64,000 nt of DNA from Candidatus Scatosoma sp. (GCA_045614565.1 JAZLDG010000074.1:38561-102560); one strand, 5' to 3'; counted from the first letter of the stretch, positions 41,750 through 48,894 are shown. Notes: generated from the sequence alone by a model not told the origin. Program-made: numbers and translations.

Positions 41750-41956
41750 ATGGCTGTCAGTTATAAAAAGCTATGGAAACTTTTAATTGATAAGGATATG
41801 AAGAAAAAAGACCTTCGTATTGCTACGGGTATGACTACTACTGCGCTTGCAAAACTCGGTAAAAACGAACACGTAAACACCGAAATTTTGGCTAAAATCT
41901 GCAAAGTTTTAGATTGCAATATAGAAGATATTGTGGAAGTTGTAGATGAAAAGTAA
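41750..41956 (+). CDS. XRE/Cro-family helix-turn-helix transcriptional regulator (68 aa)
   Basis: KKDLRIATGMTTTALAKLGKNEHVNTEILAKICKVLDCNIEDIV is the classic short HTH (YozG/HTH_26-like) pattern. Confidence 0.85.
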   Translation: MAVSYKKLWKLLIDKDMKKKDLRIATGMTTTALAKLGKNEHVNTEILAKICKVLDCNIEDIVEVVDEK

Positions 41957-42023
41957 AAACTTTTATAAATATGACAAGCGTTGTCGTATTTAGCGTAATA
42001 AAATTAATTTTATAGGTGAAATA

Positions 42024-42677
42024 ATGGCAGAAATGGTCTCTTGGATGAATGATAACAATGGCTTTATAATGGGGCTTTTAACTTTGGTATATGTTATAGC
42101 TACTATTTGTATCTGTGTTTTTAATTATAAATCAGCGACTGCGGCACGTAAACAAACTGAAACCCAAATAAATCAATTTAATGCAACGAATCGCCCTAAT
42201 ATTATTCCTTGTTTTACAATGATAGAAGGTGCAATGTTTTGTTTAACCTTCAAAAATATAGGAAACGAATGTGCAAAGAATCTAAAAATAACGATTAATA
42301 AGGAATGGTTTAATTGCTTTGATGAAGCGTTAAAACAAAAACAAATGCCCGGCAATATGAAAGAGTCCTTGCAAAACGAATTTTTTCTTCCCCCTAACGA
42401 TGATATTAAATTTGTTCTTATGATTCCAGGGGATGGTACAACAATGTATCAAGAACTTAGTAAAGAAAAAATAAAAATTCATTTATCATATAATCGAAAC
42501 AATTCCCAAGAATCTTTTAATGATGATTTTGAGTTGGATTTATTGGCAATGGCAGGATTGATACTTGATAAATCAGACTTTATTAGAAAAATGGAAAAAC
42601 AAGAAAAGGCATTAAAAGACATATCGAAAAATATTAAAAGCGTAGAAAAAGCAATTGCAAAGGAGAAAAACTTATGA
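42024..42677 (+). CDS. single-pass membrane protein of unknown function (217 aa)
   Basis: N-terminal TM helix FIMGLLTLVYVIATICICVF followed by a ~180-aa soluble domain. RBS AGGTGA. The stop overlaps the next start (ATGA at 42674..42677). Confidence 0.7.
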   Translation: MAEMVSWMNDNNGFIMGLLTLVYVIATICICVFNYKSATAARKQTETQINQFNATNRPNIIPCFTMIEGAMFCLTFKNIGNECAKNLKITINKEWFNCFDEALKQKQMPGNMKESLQNEFFLPPNDDIKFVLMIPGDGTTMYQELSKEKIKIHLSYNRNNSQESFNDDFELDLLAMAGLILDKSDFIRKMEKQEKALKDISKNIKSVEKAIAKEKNL

Positions 42678-44767
42678 AAGTAGAAAAATATAGAGTTCTT
42701 GGAGAGTTAATTGAGACGAATAAACGTCAATTTGTTATCCCTGTCTATCAAAGAAACTATGATTGGGGAAAACAACACTGCAAAAAACTTTATGACGATA
42801 TTATTTCTGCATATGAGTTAGATAGATTTCACTTTATCGGTTCAATCGTTTATGTCGACCAAGGTGAAGAAAATAAAATATATAGATATTTAATAATTGA
42901 CGGACAGCAAAGAATCACAACACTTTTTTTATTGCTCAAAGCTCTTCTTGATTCAACCGAAGACGAAAACCTTAAAAAAGAGTTTGAAGATATTCTTTTT
43001 AATATCGACAAATATAATGACTTAAAACTAACAGACCAAACAAAAATAAAGTTAAAGCCAATCAAAAGCGATAATGACCAATTTATGCTTTTGATGAAAA
43101 ATGATTTGCAAGCGATTGATAGAAGTTCAAACATTTTTATTAACTATGACTATATGAAAAAGTTGATTTCAAAATCAAACGCATTAGGTATAACAACTAA
43201 AGATATTTTGTCAGGTATCAAGAAATTAACTTCAGCAGTCATTATACTTGACCCAAAAGAAGATGAACCACAAGTGGTTTTTGAGTCTATCAACTCAACA
43301 GGGTTAGACCTTTCTCTTGCAGATTTAATTAGAAACTTTATTCTAATGACTGATAAAAATCAAGAAAAACTTTTTGAAGACTATTGGATTAAAATCGAAA
43401 ATAATGTTGGGCAAAATAAAATGCCCGCCTTTATTACGGATTTCTTGCAGTTTTCTTGTCGTGAGATTGTTTCCACTAAAAATGCTTATATTGTCTTTAA
43501 AAACTATTTTAAGACAGAGAATTTCTCTAATGAACAAATGTTAGAAAAGTTATTGCATTATTCTGCTTTCTACAAGGCATTTTTAGGCAATGATACACAA
43601 ACATATTCTCACATCGTAAACAAAAAATTGGCAGGATTTAATGCATTAGACCAAGGGACTATATATCAATTTTTATTCCACATTTTCGACGATTACGATG
43701 CAGGCATTATTTCAATTGAAGATTTAGAAAAGATTGTTACGTTCTTCTTTAATTATTTACTCCGTAGAATTGTTTGTGGGGTTGGCTCTAATAGTTTAAG
43801 AGGACTATATAAAACTCTATACAATAGAATTTTTGCCGATAAAAAGAATTTGGAAAATTACTACGACTCTATTATTCAATTCTTCTTACAGTTGAATACA
43901 AAGGATGCAGTTCCTTCTGATTCAGCGTTTAAGGATGCCTTAATAAACACTGATATTTATAACAAGAAAAACGTTTGTAAATATCTCTTAAAATCAATAG
44001 AAGATATTGCAGAAGATGGAAGTGAAAGCAAAGAGATATTAGACGTTTCCACTCTTTCTATTGAACATATAATGCCGCAAAAACTTTCAGATTATTGGCA
44101 AACAGCGCTCGGCAATAATTATGCCAAAATACACGAAAAATACTTACATAATCTCGGTAACTTAACGTTAACGGGTTATAATAGTGAATTAGGACAAAAA
44201 ACTTTTGACGAAAAGAAGCAATTAATCATAGATAAAAACTCTCATATTGTTGCTCTTAACAAAGATGTTTTATCTCAAACTTCTTGGGGCGAAAAAGAAA
44301 TTAAAAATCGTGCAGACCGCTTAAGTGCTATTTTATTAAAGTTATTCTATATTGATAAGCCGCAAAAATATATTCAATTTCAAAATGATACGGAAAGGCG
44401 TTATTCGGTTGGAGAAAACTTCGATGCTACGGGAACTAAGCCAAACACTTGCATTTTCTTTGGCAATACCTTAACGGTTAGTTCTTATGCAGACTTATTA
44501 TCAAAAGTTATGGAAGTGTTCTATGATTTAGATAACGATGTAATAAATGAATTAGCGAATAAAAATTACAAGTTAGCAAGCGCATCAAGAACATATATTA
44601 CCCACGATGCTGAAAAATTAAGAAAAGCTGTTGAAATTTACGAAACAGGCATATTTTTTGAATCAAATTTAAGTGCAAATAACATTATTTCTTTCTTAAA
44701 GAGTCTTTTAGATGTGTTTGAGCTTGATTATACCGAACTTGTAATTTGTGTAGATTCTAAACAATAA
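42674..44767 (+). CDS. DUF262/DUF1524 (GmrSD-like) nuclease-family protein with extra C-terminal region (697 aa)
   Basis: N-terminal DUF262 motifs FVIPVYQRNYDWGK and IIDGQQRITTLFLLL. The C-terminal His-Me/DUF1524-like motifs are LSIEHIMPQ and HNLGNLTLTGYNSELGQKTF. About 170 further residues of unknown type follow. Confidence 0.85.
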   Translation: MKVEKYRVLGELIETNKRQFVIPVYQRNYDWGKQHCKKLYDDIISAYELDRFHFIGSIVYVDQGEENKIYRYLIIDGQQRITTLFLLLKALLDSTEDENLKKEFEDILFNIDKYNDLKLTDQTKIKLKPIKSDNDQFMLLMKNDLQAIDRSSNIFINYDYMKKLISKSNALGITTKDILSGIKKLTSAVIILDPKEDEPQVVFESINSTGLDLSLADLIRNFILMTDKNQEKLFEDYWIKIENNVGQNKMPAFITDFLQFSCREIVSTKNAYIVFKNYFKTENFSNEQMLEKLLHYSAFYKAFLGNDTQTYSHIVNKKLAGFNALDQGTIYQFLFHIFDDYDAGIISIEDLEKIVTFFFNYLLRRIVCGVGSNSLRGLYKTLYNRIFADKKNLENYYDSIIQFFLQLNTKDAVPSDSAFKDALINTDIYNKKNVCKYLLKSIEDIAEDGSESKEILDVSTLSIEHIMPQKLSDYWQTALGNNYAKIHEKYLHNLGNLTLTGYNSELGQKTFDEKKQLIIDKNSHIVALNKDVLSQTSWGEKEIKNRADRLSAILLKLFYIDKPQKYIQFQNDTERRYSVGENFDATGTKPNTCIFFGNTLTVSSYADLLSKVMEVFYDLDNDVINELANKNYKLASASRTYITHDAEKLRKAVEIYETGIFFESNLSANNIISFLKSLLDVFELDYTELVICVDSKQ

Positions 44768-44783
44768 AACAAAGGAGAAAATT

Positions 44784-45008
44784 ATGTTTGACCCAAATTG
44801 GTATTATAACCCTAACTGTTTTAATCCACAAGCTTACGCTCAAATGCAAGCGCAACAACAATATGAGCAAGAACAGCAGAAAGATGTATATAACGCAATA
44901 AAAGCCTATAGCGATTTTCTAGATGCAATGGAAAAGTTAGACCCTGCGCATAAGCAAGATGTATTTCGCGGTTGTTTTGTTGAGATTGCTAAACGTATGC
45001 ATTGGTAA
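44784..45008 (+). CDS. small Q/N-rich hypothetical protein (74 aa)
   Basis: RBS AAAGGAG 7 nt upstream. The sequence is MFDPNWYYNPNCFNPQAYAQMQAQQQYEQEQQK... No family recognised. Confidence 0.6.
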   Translation: MFDPNWYYNPNCFNPQAYAQMQAQQQYEQEQQKDVYNAIKAYSDFLDAMEKLDPAHKQDVFRGCFVEIAKRMHW

Positions 45009-45051
45009 TTTTACACACAAAAAAATTGGTAAATAATATAGGAGAAAAGAA

Positions 45052-45747
45052 ATGCCCTTTAGTGAAAAAACAAAAGAAGACGCAATGATAGCGTGTGGGA
45101 GACACTGCTGCATCTGTCATAAGTTTTGTGGCAATAAAATGGAAGTCCATCATATAACTCCACAAAAAGATGGTGGTGAAGACACATTTGAAAACGCTAT
45201 TCCCCTTTGCTTTGATTGCCACGCCGAAGTGGGTGCGTATAATACAAGTCACCCTAAGGGTGTTAAGTTCTCTAAAACTGAATTAAAGCGCCATCGCGAT
45301 AATTGGTATAAATGTGTTAAGCAAGGTAATATAACAAGCGATACAATTCCACCGATGAAATTATTGCGTGAAGAAGGATTTAAAGAAACCCCACTCGTTC
45401 GCATAACATCAGGAATACAACTATTAAATGCGTTGAGTGGTTGTTGTGGAGCTCAATATAATTACGAAGAACCCAAAACGAGAGAAGAAGCATCAATTAT
45501 AAGCGAATTTCAAAAAGAAATGGAATATTTATCGGATGCGGATTCTCTTATCGAAGAAAGCGAAAGAGTTCTAATAGGGTTTGACTTAAATGACTTAATA
45601 ACTAAAATGGATGAGAAAGGTTTTTGGATTTTTATAGGAAGAGAAAATCGCGTCTTAACGGGTGGCGTAATCAAAGAGCCTGAAAGTTTTCCGATATTAC
45701 ATATTTACATTCTAAAAAAAGACAATATAACAATTAAAAATTGTTAA
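45052..45747 (+). CDS. HNH nuclease-domain protein with uncharacterised ~140-aa C-terminal domain
   Basis: CGRHCCICH...MEVHHITPQKDGGEDTFENAIPLCFDCHAEV follows the CxxC...HH...N...CxxCH HNH zinc-finger pattern. RBS AGGAG. Confidence 0.8.
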   Translation: MPFSEKTKEDAMIACGRHCCICHKFCGNKMEVHHITPQKDGGEDTFENAIPLCFDCHAEVGAYNTSHPKGVKFSKTELKRHRDNWYKCVKQGNITSDTIPPMKLLREEGFKETPLVRITSGIQLLNALSGCCGAQYNYEEPKTREEASIISEFQKEMEYLSDADSLIEESERVLIGFDLNDLITKMDEKGFWIFIGRENRVLTGGVIKEPESFPILHIYILKKDNITIKNC

Positions 45748-45830
45748 AATCTTTACAAAAGTAGGCAGATTCCCAAGAACGTGGGCGTTTGCCTATTAAA
45801 TTTTCACAACTCAATATATCTACCCTATTT

Positions 45831-45863
45831 AGGCGAGTGGAATTTGTTCTACTTGCCTTTTTT
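45831..45863 (+). terminator. intrinsic terminator closing the cargo operon
   Basis: AGGCGAGTGG-aatttgtt-CTACTTGCCT, a 10-bp stem with two G-U pairs, followed by TTTTT. Confidence 0.65.
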
Positions 45864-46365
45864 ATGTCCTAAAATTGCTTTCGTGGTTGTTTTTTTAAAA
45901 ATTTTTCAGCATTATAAAGTAGATGGGGTTGCAAAATGCAAAAAAAGTCAGGGATATATAATAGGAGGGTTATTTTCGCTTAAAAAATTCAGCAATATAA
46001 AGTGAGTGGTTGTTTTTTAAGAAAAAAGTAAGGAATATATAGTGTAAGGACAAACAAAAATATAACCGCTTGGTGCGGTGCGGAAATCAAAAAATTGTAA
46101 GCAGGATAAGAAAACCGCACCAAGTTGCAAATTTTCCTATTTTACCAAGCAGGTAAAGGAAAATGCAACAGGTCGCAGTTTCGACTTTTCAAACAATCGG
46201 GAAACCCGATTTTTGCTCTACTCCCCACCACCCAAACATTAACCACAAGGAGGAAAAATTTTATGAAAAATATTTTAGATTTTTATTAAAAACAGCTTGA
46301 CTTTGTTTGTTGAATATGATATTCGTATTAATACGACAATGCACTACGGTTAAGGAGATTTCAAA

Positions 46366-46686
46366 ATGAAAGAATTAACGTTAGAAGAAGTAATGGAATA
46401 TCAGCGAACACACCCACCCGTTAAGCACGTTTACGGCAGATGGGGAAACTTAAAAAAGCAATACTTAATAGACACGGGCAAAGATTGGCTGATTGCAGAT
46501 TTACCCACCTATCTTCACGGTATTGATAAAGCTGCCGAACAAATTTGGGAAGTTATGAGAGAAAAACTCTTAAAGCGCCCCGAATATAAAAAGACGGGCG
46601 AATTTATGCACGACGTTAAAATTGAAACGGAAATCAAAAACCGTATTGACGAAGAAATCTTAACCGAACTTATTTACGTGGATTAA
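46366..46686 (+). CDS. TnpV-like transposon-associated protein (106 aa)
   Basis: MKELT..., a central basic region and the C-terminal EEILTELIYV resemble clostridial TnpV proteins as I remember them. RBS AAGGAG. Confidence 0.55.
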   Translation: MKELTLEEVMEYQRTHPPVKHVYGRWGNLKKQYLIDTGKDWLIADLPTYLHGIDKAAEQIWEVMREKLLKRPEYKKTGEFMHDVKIETEIKNRIDEEILTELIYVD

Positions 46687-46699
46687 AGGAGAAAACACT

Positions 46700-46930
46700 A
46701 TGAATAGAAAAGAAGATACACCTATTAGAATTAGTCGTAGAACATACGAAGAAAAACACAAAGTAGAACGCAAAAAACTCAATAAGGTTTGGGGAACGAG
46801 CATCCCCCGTAAAGATGCTGAAAAAATTGATGCTTTCTTATCAAGCAAAGGATTATCAAAGGTAGATTTGATAATGGCAGGCTATGCAACGTTGATTGAG
46901 CAATTTGAAAGCAAGAAAAGTAATGATTAA
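46700..46930 (+). CDS. small basic protein (76 aa), possible recombination-directionality or DNA-binding factor
   Basis: Lys/Arg-rich N-terminus. The gene sits between the TnpV-like gene and the integrase with gaps of 11-13 nt. RBS AAAGGAG. Confidence 0.5.
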   Translation: MNRKEDTPIRISRRTYEEKHKVERKKLNKVWGTSIPRKDAEKIDAFLSSKGLSKVDLIMAGYATLIEQFESKKSND

Positions 46931-46941
46931 GGAGGAATTAT

Positions 46942-48360
46942 ATGGCTTATTTCAAAATAAGCACGGATAAAAAAGGAAAATTAAAAGCAAAAATACAAGC
47001 GCTTGGCAGAGACCCCGAGACGGACAAGCAAAAGGTTTGTTATAAATTGGTTAAAAACGATAACGACCTTACCCCGGCCAAGTTTCATAAGTACGTAGAA
47101 AAATGCGCTATTGAGTTCGAAGAAGAACTTGCAAAGGCTTATGAACTCAAAACCGACGTTAAAAAGTTGAAAGTTTTGACTTTTGACGAACTTGCAGCCG
47201 AGTGGCTTGAAAGTGTTAAAAAGAATTGGTCTATCAACTACTATTTAAGGGGAATTGGTATCACCAAAAAGTTTAGCGATTACTTGAAGAACAATAGACT
47301 TGCAGATAAACCCGTGAGTGAAATTACGGTTAGGCACGTTCAAATGTTTTTGAATAGTTTTGAGCAGAAAAACGGCAAACAAGACAACACTGTTTGCCTT
47401 AAAAAATACTTTCCAAACTCAATCAGTTTTAGAGCACTTGCAAGGGATAACGTTATAAATCGTTGTTCGTCATACGGACTTAAGAAAAAAGGCAATTACA
47501 TACTTCGTGAAACGGCAGAGAAAATTTGCGAAATTCACAACCTTGATTTCGACGAATATTTTAAGCCTAACGAAAGAAACAAAGCCTATTCAGCCGAAAC
47601 CATTAAAGGTTATAGAAGATTGCTTAGAACAGTATTTAACGAAGCCGTAAGATACGATTGGATAACGAAAAATCCCGTATGCGCTACAAAGGTTGGCTCA
47701 GGCAATAGCAACTCATCGCTTCGCCCCGTCAACGAAAAGGAAGTTTACTCAATAGCCGAAGCGCAAGAATTTATGAAAGCGCTTGACGAACTTCCCGAAG
47801 ATTTGATTTATAAGCGTGTACCGATAAAGTTTATGCTTCTTACGGGTGTGCGTGCAGGTGAACTTAACGGACTACGTTGGTCGGATATTGATTTTGACAA
47901 GCAAGTGGTTCATATTCGCAGAAATCGGCTTGTGGCGAAAGGTTACGGAATCTATGAGAAAGAACCCAAGACAAAGACTTCCACTCGAGATATACCCCTT
48001 CCAACGCCTTTAATTGACGATTTGAAGGAATATCGTGAGTGGTTTAGAGTAATCGACGACGAGTTTGATAATAATGTGGACGAATACTATTTTGCCGTCA
48101 ATATCTGCCGTGAACCCGTCTATCCACATACGGTTGGTGGTTGGCTTAAAAAGTTTCAAGACGACAAAGGTTTCAAGCGAGTTTGTTGTCACGGACTACG
48201 CCATACCTATTGCAGTTTGCTATTATCGCAAAACGTTCCCTTACAAACGGTTAGTAAATATATGGGACATAGCGACTCAACCATTACTTTGCAGGTTTAC
48301 AGTCACTTTATACCCGACACACAAGAAAAGGCGTTAAATGCACTAAATAACCTATTTTAG
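46942..48360 (+). CDS. int: tyrosine-type site-specific integrase
   Basis: N-terminal SAM-like/core-binding region plus a catalytic domain with LTGVRAGEL (Arg), HGLRHTYCS (H-x-x-R) and GHSDSTITLQVYSH (His...Tyr). Confidence 0.9.
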   Translation: MAYFKISTDKKGKLKAKIQALGRDPETDKQKVCYKLVKNDNDLTPAKFHKYVEKCAIEFEEELAKAYELKTDVKKLKVLTFDELAAEWLESVKKNWSINYYLRGIGITKKFSDYLKNNRLADKPVSEITVRHVQMFLNSFEQKNGKQDNTVCLKKYFPNSISFRALARDNVINRCSSYGLKKKGNYILRETAEKICEIHNLDFDEYFKPNERNKAYSAETIKGYRRLLRTVFNEAVRYDWITKNPVCATKVGSGNSNSSLRPVNEKEVYSIAEAQEFMKALDELPEDLIYKRVPIKFMLLTGVRAGELNGLRWSDIDFDKQVVHIRRNRLVAKGYGIYEKEPKTKTSTRDIPLPTPLIDDLKEYREWFRVIDDEFDNNVDEYYFAVNICREPVYPHTVGGWLKKFQDDKGFKRVCCHGLRHTYCSLLLSQNVPLQTVSKYMGHSDSTITLQVYSHFIPDTQEKALNALNNLF

Positions 48361-48372
48361 GAATAAAAAATT

Positions 48373-48409
48373 GGGATACCCACTTGATTGTGGGTATCCC
48401 TTAATTTTT
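48373..48409 (+). terminator. intrinsic terminator after the integrase
   Basis: GGGATACCCA-cttgattg-TGGGTATCCC followed by TTAATTTTT. Confidence 0.7.
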
Positions 48410-48507
48410 GTCTATGGGTGGATATAGTGGAATAGTTCAAAATTATTCCAAAAATGCCCGTTTTTTGCCCTAAAAATAGTAAAAAACCACAAAAAATGTG
48501 GTTTTTT

Positions 48508-48582
48508 TGGTAGTCCCTGCGGGAATCGAACCCACAACTAGCCCTTAGGAGGGGCTTGTTATATCCATTTAACTAAGGAACC
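48508..48582 (-). tRNA. island-borne complete tRNA-Arg (anticodon CCU), CCA-encoded
   Basis: Minus strand reads GGTTCCTTAGTTAAATGGATATAACAAGCCCCTCCTAAGGGCTAGTTGTGGGTTCGATTCCCGCAGGGACTACCA. It folds as a 75-nt cloverleaf with anticodon loop CTCCTAA. A hairpin with a T-run (48482..48507) follows it. Confidence 0.88.
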
Positions 48583-48720
48583 AAAATGGATAAAATTTAT
48601 TTTATTTTTATTCCTAAAATTATTCCTAAAACTTTTTAAGTCTTAAAAAGTGGCTATTTTCACTCGTTTTTACCATAAAAAGCATTGATTTTAGATATAT
48701 TAGACGGATAGACCAAGCGT

Positions 48721-48758
48721 TTAGGAGGGGACTGTTATATCCATTTAACTACGGAAGC
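48721..48758 (-). pseudogene. orphaned 5' portion (38 nt) of the host tRNA-Arg(CCU); attR-side junction
   Basis: Minus strand reads GCTTCCGTAGTTAAATGGATATAACAGTCCCCTCCTAA. Its acceptor and anticodon stems are complementary to the 3' fragment at 41412..41455. Confidence 0.85.
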
Positions 48759-48777
48759 ATACTATATAATTTTAATT

Positions 48778-48806
48778 ATTATACCGAAAATTACGTTTTT
48801 TTGCAA
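48778..48806 (-). promoter_or_regulatory. host tRNA promoter left upstream of the truncated tRNA
   Basis: Minus strand reads TTGCAA (48801..48806), a 17-nt spacer, then TATAAT (48778..48783), about 20 nt before the tRNA 5' end. Confidence 0.6.
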
Positions 48807-48894
48807 TGATTTTTATGGGAAAAGTTGAAATTTTGTAGTACGCTATTCCTTACGCGCTTGGTGGAAAACCGCCAAGCGCGTAAATTGAAATTGA

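Larger units (their letters stand above)
41449..48727 (+). mobile_element. ~7.3-kb integrative island inserted in the anticodon loop of tRNA-Arg(CCU), bounded by 7-bp direct repeats (plus strand TTAGGAG)
   Basis: The core TTAGGAG occurs at 41449..41455 and at 48721..48727. The interior is AT-rich, all its genes are on the plus strand, and a tyrosine integrase sits at the right end. The split tRNA halves lie at the edges. Confidence 0.85.

Noticed and set aside
45781-46005. A 74-aa plus-strand ORF downstream of the HNH gene.
   Set aside because: It has a GTG start without a ribosome-binding site, it runs straight through the operon terminator hairpin (45831..45863), and it is a hydrophobic low-complexity translation of AT-rich spacer.
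48608-48631. The tandem 12-bp repeat TTATTCCTAAAA as a possible CRISPR or minisatellite.
   Set aside because: There are only two abutting copies with no spacers, and no cas genes. It is better explained as recombinase-binding repeats in the att arm. No CRISPR array was seen anywhere in the window.
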